DNA of 54,750 nt, taken from positions 1 through 54,750 of IMG/VR virus record IMGVR_UViG_3300044695_003103, one strand, 5' to 3'. Source of the DNA: a virus. Lineage: Duplodnaviria > Caudoviricetes. The position numbers and the translations under genes were made by a program. This document shows, piece by piece, positions 46,561 through 54,750 of this stretch; position 1 is the first letter of the stretch; each line of letters starts with the position of its first letter. The notes beneath the pieces are model-generated. The model did no database searches and was not told where the DNA came from. It saw nothing but the letters and a program-made list of their open reading frames with translations.

Positions 46561-47241
46561 TTAGAAAGCGATTAAAGGTGGGTGAAGCTTGTTGTAGAAT
46601 GAGCGTGATTTAGTGAAGTAATCCCTTTGGGCATCTCCGGATATAATAGCACTACGAGAACCAATCCATCCGTTTTTCCACTCTTGGTATTGCCAAGTAG
46701 CAAACTTCTTTGGGAACTTCTCTACGAACTTATGTTGAATGTAGTAACAAATAGCCTCTTCCATGTAATCACGTATCATAGGAAGGTTGTTGCCATCTTC
46801 ATCGGTCTTACGAGCCATATACGCTACCATAATTTTAACTGGAGCGTTTAGTGGATCAGACCAAATAAACTTATCGTCAGTATATGTTACAAGACCTGTG
46901 AAATCTCCTGTTTCAGAAACTGTACAATTGCAAGCGGTCAAGAAGCTTAACTCGGTCATATATGGACCATAAACAGTTCCATCTTCACGGCAATAACGCA
47001 TCGCAAGGTATGTGATACAGTTATTAGGCATTTGTGCAATTCCTTCTTCAACAACAATCTCATCATTGCGAATATGTAGCAATGACAAAGGATTCATGTT
47101 TAATACAGCCTTGTGAGCCATGTTGTAAAGGAATATATCATGCTCTGTTGTATCAGAAATATTGAGCATATCCTTTGCAGTAGTTATCGCATCACTCAAA
47201 GGGATATATCGGTAATTACCTGTTTGGGGCAAGTCTTGCAT
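46561..47241 (-). CDS. tail ring/tubular protein
   Basis: EEAICYYI motif, position before muzzle. Confidence 0.6.
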   Translation of the reverse strand: MQDLPQTGNYRYIPLSDAITTAKDMLNISDTTEHDIFLYNMAHKAVLNMNPLSLLHIRNDEIVVEEGIAQMPNNCITYLAMRYCREDGTVYGPYMTELSFLTACNCTVSETGDFTGLVTYTDDKFIWSDPLNAPVKIMVAYMARKTDEDGNNLPMIRDYMEEAICYYIQHKFVEKFPKKFATWQYQEWKNGWIGSRSAIISGDAQRDYFTKSRSFYNKLHPPLIAF

Positions 47242-47878
47242 CTTCTACGTCTGATTTAGAGTTGCTGATTTGGTCTGTAATCATCATGAACCTTCTTCCT
47301 TCATCGGAGTCAATCAGTTTTTTCATATCTGAAATGAATCCATCAGGAGCAGGATATGGGTCGTACTCCAAGTTTAAGTTCGGAACTAAATGTGGTTGGC
47401 TAAACACAGCACGTATTAAAAACTTGCTTGGCGTTTTACCTCCTTTCATTACTCCACGAAACTCGTTTCCGGTACGAACAAACACACCTTGAGAAGCTAA
47501 GTACTTCATCATGGAGTGCTGCTTATATGAACGTAATTGCTGTTCGCTTGAAACTCCTGTAAGTATGATTGAGTTATCGCAGTTTGGAAACAAACCATCA
47601 AGTCCATTCATCTTTGGTGGAGGAAGCGTTGCTATAGTTGGACACTTGAATACAAATGAACCAGGGCAATCATCAGTCCACACATCAGTTATCTCAAATC
47701 GCTGAAAGTATATTTCAGGGACTACGTTTTCTGTTTGGTAATAAATATTCAGAAGCTTTAGTCGTGAGGCATTTACAAGGCTTAAAATCTTTCCTTGTGT
47801 ATTTGCTGCATTTTCATCAGTATAGATGCCTCCGAGCTTCCATGAACCAACTTCTTGTATAATTTCTAATGTTGTCAT
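47216..47878 (-). CDS. tail ring protein
   Basis: IRAVFSQP...DPYPAP motif typical of crAss-like ring proteins. Confidence 0.6.
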   Translation of the reverse strand: MTTLEIIQEVGSWKLGGIYTDENAANTQGKILSLVNASRLKLLNIYYQTENVVPEIYFQRFEITDVWTDDCPGSFVFKCPTIATLPPPKMNGLDGLFPNCDNSIILTGVSSEQQLRSYKQHSMMKYLASQGVFVRTGNEFRGVMKGGKTPSKFLIRAVFSQPHLVPNLNLEYDPYPAPDGFISDMKKLIDSDEGRRFMMITDQISNSKSDVEDARLAPNR

Positions 47879-48966
47879 TTGTTGGTAATAACTTGATTGC
47901 TATCGAAGTTAAATGAATTCCAATCCTTTGTTTCCAAGTCAAACATCTTCGCAGCATAGTCAACAAGGTACTCAATGAGTTCCTGTGGCATATACAATAG
48001 TAAGTCAAGCGTAGTGTTTGTTGGATCAATCTCAAATGGAGGAATCCGTAGATATGAAATGTAAGCGGAATAGATATACTGAGCTGGCTGTAATAACAAA
48101 GAGCCTTCACTCATGTACCATCTTGGGAAATCGAATGATGGCTTATCTATTGCTGATATTTGGTCGGGCTTTTCTTGGAACACAGGTTCGCTTAAAACAA
48201 ATTCATAAAGCGTTCCACCTCCAATGTACTTTGCATTACCTGATACCGGTATTGTCAAAAGAGCATCTTCGAAAATCTGATACTTCTTTGGTGCTGTTTG
48301 TTTGATGTACCAATCTCCATTTGCAAAGGTTGTTCCTTGTATATCAGACAATCCAATTAAATCCCCTGAACGAAGCTTTGAGAATGTATCTACTATAAAC
48401 TCAACCTTTGTTGGCGTAACATTGAATCCTGATATCCCGATTGAACTCTTCTTCTTATAACGAACTTTGATAGAGTTAAGACGAAGATAGTCTGTGATGG
48501 ATACGTTTCTGTTTGTTATATATCCGCTAACTAAACTCCCAATACTTGTTGCATTATTTATAGTAAAAGAAGTGCTATTTACAATAGAAGCAACAGTGTA
48601 ATCTGCATTTAATGTAATTAATGAACCGATTATATTTACATATACTGAATCACCAACAACAAAATTATGAGGAAGGTTAGTTGTTATTGTAATTCCATCA
48701 GAAGAAACTACATCCAAGTTCTGTAGAAGAATTCTGTTTGTAGAAAGAGAGTTTGTTGATGTTGGAATCAATTTATCTAATACGATAAATGACCTTAACT
48801 CATCATACCTTCTTTGCTTATCTAATGAGTCATATTTTTCAATAAGACCCAAACGTAGAACTCGTTTATAGAAATCTATTGATGTATCTATATCATAGTA
48901 GTCATTAAAGACCTTATCGACCCTTCGCTCGAATGCGTTTTGGAAGTCAACTCCTGTGAAAGCCAT
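47875..48966 (-). CDS. head-tail ring/adaptor protein with inserted beta domains
   Basis: YDELRSF, ISYLRIP, ELIEYLVDYAA; internal TTNLPHNFVVGD domain. Confidence 0.6.
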   Translation of the reverse strand: MAFTGVDFQNAFERRVDKVFNDYYDIDTSIDFYKRVLRLGLIEKYDSLDKQRRYDELRSFIVLDKLIPTSTNSLSTNRILLQNLDVVSSDGITITTNLPHNFVVGDSVYVNIIGSLITLNADYTVASIVNSTSFTINNATSIGSLVSGYITNRNVSITDYLRLNSIKVRYKKKSSIGISGFNVTPTKVEFIVDTFSKLRSGDLIGLSDIQGTTFANGDWYIKQTAPKKYQIFEDALLTIPVSGNAKYIGGGTLYEFVLSEPVFQEKPDQISAIDKPSFDFPRWYMSEGSLLLQPAQYIYSAYISYLRIPPFEIDPTNTTLDLLLYMPQELIEYLVDYAAKMFDLETKDWNSFNFDSNQVITNK

Positions 48967-48980
48967 ACCCCAAAGATAAA

Positions 48981-49015
48981 CAAAAAAAGGTCTGCAAACT
49001 TAATTACAGACCTTT
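48981..49015 (-). terminator. intrinsic terminator
   Basis: AAAGGTCTG/CAGACCTTT stem with T-tract on minus strand. Confidence 0.7.
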
Positions 49016-49032
49016 CTAACCGATTGTTGGTT

Positions 49033-49908
49033 TTATGCCTCTGCGAACTTGCCTTTCGGAACTTCCGGTGCAAGTGATTTTCTTGTCTTTTTAATTTGCT
49101 CACCTTCAGATGCATCAGAAATTCCTCTGAAAACAGGAACATTCATGTGGCGCATATCATTAATCATTTGGTTGTATAAGTCTTGACGAACTCGCAATGT
49201 AGCCAAAGCCTCATTAAAGTTGTTTCCTAATACCTGACCACTGATAATGTATGCTTGTCCATCTGATTTCAATGCATTGGTTAGGATTGCTGACTTCAAA
49301 TTGATTGTGTGAGCATCGTACATCAATTCGATATGCTCTTTGAAATCTGAACGATTTTCACGGCTTGCAGTAAGTACTCCATCTTCCAATGAAATCATCT
49401 CTGTCAAAAGTTCTTTATCATCCATGTCCCAAGGTGCTACACCGAAATAAACGCTAACAGCATCCTTCTCTTGGCGTGTAAGTGATTTGAATCGAAGATA
49501 TGTTTCTACAATCTCCTCATCATCTTCTAAGCGAGAATCAATGATTTCATCTGACAGATAGTAATTATACATCGCATCTGGCTTATCATCATCGCTGCTT
49601 CTGCGACCTGTAATATCCGAAGCGTGTGGATGCTCATCAAAGAATTTGCAAATAGCGTTGTAGTCAATACCTGGACGATCTAACTCAATAGTGTACTCAA
49701 ATCCGTTTTTGAATACCATATCAACGTATAGCTTTTTTACATCCTTGTCGCGGTTAACCTCAACAACTTCAAGTGAGTCTGTAAGTACACGCTTTAGACC
49801 TGCTCCACCTTTAGGGTTAGGTATATCATATGAAGTTGATAATACCAAATTTGCTGTTGATTGTAGGTCCTCCGCTTTGGGTCTTACTGTCAGTGTTGAT
49901 TTTCTCAT
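49033..49908 (-). CDS. conserved head-module protein
   Basis: ORF downstream of capsid genes; likely start MRKSTL. Confidence 0.55.
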   Translation of the reverse strand: MRKSTLTVRPKAEDLQSTANLVLSTSYDIPNPKGGAGLKRVLTDSLEVVEVNRDKDVKKLYVDMVFKNGFEYTIELDRPGIDYNAICKFFDEHPHASDITGRRSSDDDKPDAMYNYYLSDEIIDSRLEDDEEIVETYLRFKSLTRQEKDAVSVYFGVAPWDMDDKELLTEMISLEDGVLTASRENRSDFKEHIELMYDAHTINLKSAILTNALKSDGQAYIISGQVLGNNFNEALATLRVRQDLYNQMINDMRHMNVPVFRGISDASEGEQIKKTRKSLAPEVPKGKFAEA

Positions 49909-49945
49909 AGAAATATTGTTTGTAAATGTTTGCGTAAAGGTAAAC

Positions 49946-49980
49946 AAAAAACGGGATAAGGAAACCCTCACCCCGTTTTT
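49946..49980. terminator. intrinsic terminator after capsid genes
   Basis: AAAAACGGG/CCCGTTTTT stem, tracts on both sides. Confidence 0.7.
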
Positions 49981-49996
49981 CTCAAACCACTAAAGG

Positions 49997-50947
49997 TTAT
50001 GCCACAAATGTATTCAACACATTAAATGAAGAAGAACCATTCAAGGCAGCAATTAGCGCACGGTCAAATGCTAATGCATTTGTTTCGGTTGCACTAAATA
50101 AGATTGATTGTGGAATCTGAATACCTGCATCGAGGTCAGGTGTTGATTCGAAATCAATTTCATATCCAACATACGGAGTTCCTGCAACGAAAGTACTTTC
50201 TTCTCCTACAAGTAGGTCAGAGAAAGTTTCTTTTGCAACTGGCAATACAACTAAACCTGTAATACCTGTTGTTGTAAGGGTATCGTTTGGAACACCATAA
50301 AGAACCATTGTAGTTGCAGATGCTGCACGGCCTACTAATGTTTGACCATTAACATAGTTTGCATTATTTCCTGTAGCTCCTGTTCCCATGTAAACACGGT
50401 AAACATCACCTGATACAAGACCAGTAAATCCTATTAATACGGATGTTGAACCAGTATAAGTAGAACCTGCTGCGGTCCAACTTGCTGTATAGGTTTTTGC
50501 ATTTGTCATCAAAGATGATACAGTAACAAGGGCTACAGGTGCAGCAGATGTTCCAACAAATACAATTGTATTTGTAGATGGGCTTACTGTTCCAAGGATT
50601 TGATTACCATCAATACCCTCTTGGATTTTAGCCTCTACTGCTGTTGCGATAGTAGAAGTGGTATCACCAGTTACAGCAGTATAGGTGAATGGCCATGTGT
50701 AGGTTTCTCCTTCAACCACTTGTGTAATTGAACCGCTATAAACAGCTCCAACAGTTGCAGTATTAACCGTAATGGTATTTGTTTCAACATTAGAACCTGA
50801 ATACGCTCCGATACGCTCTGCGCGAACGATTTTTCTTACGTTGAGTGTTCCAACACCTTTTACGGTAAGTTCACCACCAGCGATTGCAACATCTGCTGCT
50901 GCTACTGAAGTGATTAACGATGCTTGTGAGTTAATATTTCTTGACAT
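49997..50947 (-). CDS. auxiliary capsid/decoration protein
   Basis: directly after MCP, T/V/A/G-rich Ig-like composition. Confidence 0.6.
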   Translation of the reverse strand: MSRNINSQASLITSVAAADVAIAGGELTVKGVGTLNVRKIVRAERIGAYSGSNVETNTITVNTATVGAVYSGSITQVVEGETYTWPFTYTAVTGDTTSTIATAVEAKIQEGIDGNQILGTVSPSTNTIVFVGTSAAPVALVTVSSLMTNAKTYTASWTAAGSTYTGSTSVLIGFTGLVSGDVYRVYMGTGATGNNANYVNGQTLVGRAASATTMVLYGVPNDTLTTTGITGLVVLPVAKETFSDLLVGEESTFVAGTPYVGYEIDFESTPDLDAGIQIPQSILFSATETNALAFDRALIAALNGSSSFNVLNTFVA

Positions 50948-50995
50948 TTTTCTGTCCTCCTATTTTTTTAAGTTTTTGAAAAGATTTATGAAGGA

Positions 50996-52393
50996 TTAAA
51001 TGTTGTTTTCCAAGAAGCCTTGAGCTGTTGGATTCATCACGTTAATACCTTTCATCGTGTAAATACGGAGATTGCTGAAGTCAGCATCAGTAGAAGTCAA
51101 CTCAAGATTTTCCATTGTAAGTGGTGTAGCGTTGTTTACGATACCTTCCAATGAATCCATTGAAGAAAGACCTTTTTGGTACGAGTAGTAATACTTTGAA
51201 CCTCCGAAGAAGATGTTTTGGAATGCAGGAGCCATACGTCCTGAAGTACGCATCATTACAGGGTTAAAGTCCAATAGATAGAATGAACCTGAAGTCTTTG
51301 GCAATGATTCGAAACCAGAGATTGTGGTTTTAGAACCCATACCATTTTGGTTCAACATCTTTAAGTGAACGATGTTTACAAATTCAAATCCTGGGATGAA
51401 GATTTTAGTAGCGTTCAAACCATTGATAGAACCATCAGTGAAGCTCATTGCGATTTGTGCATCATACTTAATTTGGTCTTTGTACCACTCAGCGATTTGA
51501 GCCATACCGATAGCACCTGTAGCGATGAACTTGTTACGAAGGTCGTTACCAGGATTTGATACATACCAACGACGTACATAGTTTTCAAACTCGCTCTTAG
51601 TGATTTGTGAACCAAGCAAAGTGTAAAGACCACGCTCACGAACTTGCTGATGAATACCGCGAGTTGCAGTGTAGTTGAAGTTGTTATCTTCAGGGTTTAC
51701 ACCTTGAGATACGAACTGATTCATAGCGCAGTTACGGAAGAAACGCTCCATCATCTCTCCTACAGGAGCAACTTTAATGTAACCGTTAGCACCTTGGATA
51801 ACTACATTCTGCTTGCTATCGAAAAGGTTTTGCTGAACAGCATCATCAATGATTGAGATGTAGTTGTTCCATACTTCAGGACGGATGCTCAAACCTACAG
51901 GAGATTTAGTACCGCGAGTAGCAACCGAACGAGTGAATTGAGTTACAGTTTCTCCTACAGGGAAGTCAGCAGTAGAGATTGCATCATAACCTTTTGCAGA
52001 TTGTACGATGATGTAAGTGCTGTATGCTTCTGAAACTTCAGAAAGCTTACGACCGAATTGACGGCCTACGTAGTCATTAGCACGGAAACCTTCAGCAGAA
52101 TTAGAGAACTCAACCTTGATACGTCCACCTCCGATGTCAATTGCCGAAACAACTTGAGCTTGGATAGTAGGATCGCCAGTATAAGCTACCTCATCTTTGT
52201 AGGTGTCAAGAACCTTATTTCCGGCTCCACCATTTGATTCATAAAGGGCATTAGTTTTTTCGATAAGCATTGTCCAAGTGTAGGATGCTTGTCCTTCTTG
52301 AACTACGCCATCAACTACTTGGTTTCGCACCAAGTTAGCAATGGTCATTTCTTTCATCAACGACCCTTTGCTATAAATAGCATTTGTATTCAT
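50996..52393 (-). CDS. major capsid protein
   Basis: 465 aa after scaffold; TRGIHQQV, ATGAIGM, YLLDF patterns; followed by decoration gene and terminator. Confidence 0.75.
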   Translation of the reverse strand: MNTNAIYSKGSLMKEMTIANLVRNQVVDGVVQEGQASYTWTMLIEKTNALYESNGGAGNKVLDTYKDEVAYTGDPTIQAQVVSAIDIGGGRIKVEFSNSAEGFRANDYVGRQFGRKLSEVSEAYSTYIIVQSAKGYDAISTADFPVGETVTQFTRSVATRGTKSPVGLSIRPEVWNNYISIIDDAVQQNLFDSKQNVVIQGANGYIKVAPVGEMMERFFRNCAMNQFVSQGVNPEDNNFNYTATRGIHQQVRERGLYTLLGSQITKSEFENYVRRWYVSNPGNDLRNKFIATGAIGMAQIAEWYKDQIKYDAQIAMSFTDGSINGLNATKIFIPGFEFVNIVHLKMLNQNGMGSKTTISGFESLPKTSGSFYLLDFNPVMMRTSGRMAPAFQNIFFGGSKYYYSYQKGLSSMDSLEGIVNNATPLTMENLELTSTDADFSNLRIYTMKGINVMNPTAQGFLENNI

Positions 52394-52430
52394 GTCGAAT
52401 TACAGTTTTTAGATTAGTTAGAAAAATGTA

Positions 52431-53606
52431 TTAAACTCCAACCTTGATTCCGAAAGATTTATTTGCTTCAAGCCAATCACGGTCATACTTAGTCGCTGAA
52501 GATTCTTTTTGCAACTCTTTAGTAATACGGCCTTGTTCGGCTTTTTCAGCACGTTCATTAAGGTTCTCTGCCCTGCTACGTTTGATTTGACTTTTGTAGA
52601 ATTCTGCATTCTCCTTTCGGTATTCAATTGCATCAAGCAATTCTACCATCTCTGGGATATACATCATTTGATTACCCTTTTCGTCAGGGTCAGCCAACAC
52701 CATATAGCGTGGGTCTAAAACAGCACGGGATTCTCTGAAGGCTTCGAGGATACGTTCTCCCCATTTGCGGTCAATTGTCTTACCATTAAAACGACCTTTG
52801 CTAACGACTTTGTTAACGAAATCTTCTGCAAGGTCATAGTTGGTTTTAGCCCAAGTCATACCTTCTTGAACAAGAGCATCCGTCTGTTTTTTATAGTCCT
52901 TTTCCAAGTCCTCTACAGAACGCATCTCTAATTTAGAAAGGTGTTTCTCGGCTTCTTTAAGCAATGATTGTCTTTCCCGAATAGTCTTAGAATAAAAAGC
53001 ATCCAAGTCCTCCTGAACAGCATCTTCAAGGCGATCCTCAGACACACCTGCTTGCTTTGCTAAATCAGTATAGAACTCTTTCAGTTTCTCTTCTTCGCTT
53101 CGGCTATCGACAAATTTAATTTGTCCCATCTCTTGTAAAAAAAGTGAAGGGCTTGCTTCAGTGCCGTGCCGTTCTCTATGAGCGAACCAACTTTTAATAA
53201 TTGGGTCCTCTTGAACGCCTTGAATTTGAAGAAGCATTTGCTCCTTTTCGGAAACTTTAGCTTCCAATTCTTGAATTCTTTTTTGCAGAGTTTCAATACT
53301 CGCATCTGCTTTCTTGCCTTCAGAGCCATCACCATTTTCTGTGGGAGAGGCACTTGTTGCAGAGGCAGACCTTTTTTGAGTCCACTCAAAGGAACCATCA
53401 TCAGATTCATCTTCTGATTCGGATTGTTTTCCGTTAGAGGCTTCTACATTAGGCTTTTCATCGCCATTTTCGTTGCCTGATTCGGGTTCCGATTCAGCAG
53501 AATTAGAATTCACGAGTTGCCCTTCTTGCTTTTCATCGCTAACAGCAGCTTCGTTTTGTTGGTTCAACAATTCAGAATTTTCAGCTTGGTTTTCAGCTTG
53601 ATTCAT
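52431..53606 (-). CDS. scaffolding protein
   Basis: acidic disordered N-terminus, coiled coil, between portal and MCP. Confidence 0.7.
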   Translation of the reverse strand: MNQAENQAENSELLNQQNEAAVSDEKQEGQLVNSNSAESEPESGNENGDEKPNVEASNGKQSESEDESDDGSFEWTQKRSASATSASPTENGDGSEGKKADASIETLQKRIQELEAKVSEKEQMLLQIQGVQEDPIIKSWFAHRERHGTEASPSLFLQEMGQIKFVDSRSEEEKLKEFYTDLAKQAGVSEDRLEDAVQEDLDAFYSKTIRERQSLLKEAEKHLSKLEMRSVEDLEKDYKKQTDALVQEGMTWAKTNYDLAEDFVNKVVSKGRFNGKTIDRKWGERILEAFRESRAVLDPRYMVLADPDEKGNQMMYIPEMVELLDAIEYRKENAEFYKSQIKRSRAENLNERAEKAEQGRITKELQKESSATKYDRDWLEANKSFGIKVGV

Positions 53607-53677
53607 AGTTTACAAATTTATATGGTTTGAGAGAATTAAACAAGTAGTTTAGACAACTTTATTTACTTTATTGAAAA

Positions 53678-54750
53678 TCACATCATTTGCTCTTGTGGAG
53701 CAGTTTGCATTCCTGCTCCTTGTGCGCCTTCCAATATAGCACCTGCTGCATTCACATCTCCTGTTTCTCGGAGTGCTGTATCGGCAAGTCGTGTTGCGTT
53801 CGTTTGGTTCTGAGCTTGTAGTTTAGCATCATTATCCATAACCTTTCCTTGTAGCTGTGCATTAGCCATTGTTTCGGCTTGTTGCTGCTTGGCTTGCATT
53901 GCTTCCATCTGTTGCATTTGTTGCATATATTGTTTCTTGGCAACAGCAAAGTTCGTATAGTCTTTAAGTTGGCTAATGGTTTTAGCATCTTCAACCTCCA
54001 ACCAATCTCTCCAATCAACGGCTCCTGACTGCATAAGCATATCCATAGCCCGTAACATACGTTCTTTACGAGCCGGATCAATAACGTCTTGATGGCTAAT
54101 ATATAATAGCCACTGAGAGAAAGGAACATCTTTAGCATCAATAATCAATTGAATACCCTTTTCTCCAAGTAGATTTTGGAATATCGGATTTTCGGGGTCA
54201 TTAACAACTCTTTTACGAAGATTCTCAAGAGCAAAGCTACCGGCATCTGCCCATAGTTGTAGAGTACCAACAATGGTATACTGAATACTATTCGATGCTA
54301 ATGCTGATGAGTTCTGTTGTGTTTTCAATCCTACATATGATGTAGGTGTACCCATAGTTACATTATTTACGTTCGCTATTTCCTTTAGCTCGTTCTTAAA
54401 GGACTCCTTGATATTTATATAGCTTTGGATATCACGCATTAACGAAACATCTTCACGCTGTAATAAGGGTTCCCTATTTGTTGGGTCGTTGAGGTCTGGA
54501 CTCTTCTTGGTTACAATTACCTTATTCTTACGAAGTATATTGTAAACGCGAGATGGGGTTAATCCATTGTCGAACTTAGCACCATTCATCGCTATGATTG
54601 TACCCAAGTCCATAGAGTACATTTCAGTAATCTTATTGTCGATAGCATCCAATTGTTGCTGCTTCCACATCATTCGGTCAGCAAGACATTGGTTTATGCC
54701 CCTGTATGTATTTGGTTGGAAGCACATCAAAGGGAATAGCTTATTTCCAA
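53678..54750 (-). CDS. portal protein, C-terminal part (truncated by window edge)
   Basis: frame open to the edge; EIANVNNVTMG...VG..QQ motif, Gln-rich helical barrel C-terminus. Confidence 0.75.
   Translation of the reverse strand, partial: GNKLFPLMCFQPNTYRGINQCLADRMMWKQQQLDAIDNKITEMYSMDLGTIIAMNGAKFDNGLTPSRVYNILRKNKVIVTKKSPDLNDPTNREPLLQREDVSLMRDIQSYINIKESFKNELKEIANVNNVTMGTPTSYVGLKTQQNSSALASNSIQYTIVGTLQLWADAGSFALENLRKRVVNDPENPIFQNLLGEKGIQLIIDAKDVPFSQWLLYISHQDVIDPARKERMLRAMDMLMQSGAVDWRDWLEVEDAKTISQLKDYTNFAVAKKQYMQQMQQMEAMQAKQQQAETMANAQLQGKVMDNDAKLQAQNQTNATRLADTALRETGDVNAAGAILEGAQGAGMQTAPQEQMM

Noticed and set aside
29080-51856. Numerous short + strand ORFs opposite structural genes
   Set aside because: Antisense shadows of long minus-strand genes, with no leaders or motifs.
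1-54750. Stop-codon reassignment as seen in some crAss-like phages
   Set aside because: The standard code gives dense, uninterrupted ORFs up to 3462 aa, and both TAG and TGA end genes.

Overview
The window holds most of the genome of a tailed Bacteroidota phage with a crAss-like (Crassvirales-type) virion module. Rightward arm (~370-16740): a structured non-coding leader, ArdA, an amidoligase plus class II glutamine amidotransferase pair, many small orphan ORFs, RecT plus exonuclease, DnaA-C-like proteins and two DNA methyltransferases. Leftward arm (54750 to ~16750): portal (cut by the window edge), scaffold, major capsid, ring and muzzle proteins, ejection proteins including a 3462-aa polyvalent protein, tail fibres and adhesins, and a lysis module. 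Three signals stand out. (1) An integrase-less, integron-like array of two methyltransferase cassettes bounded by covarying TAAC...GTTA hairpins sits where the two arms converge. (2) A complete type I hammerhead ribozyme and a tRNA-like minihelix flank the first early ORF. (3) A PAS-HisKA protein with no ATPase domain lies in the lysis region. All protein assignments come from motif recognition and gene order, not database searches.
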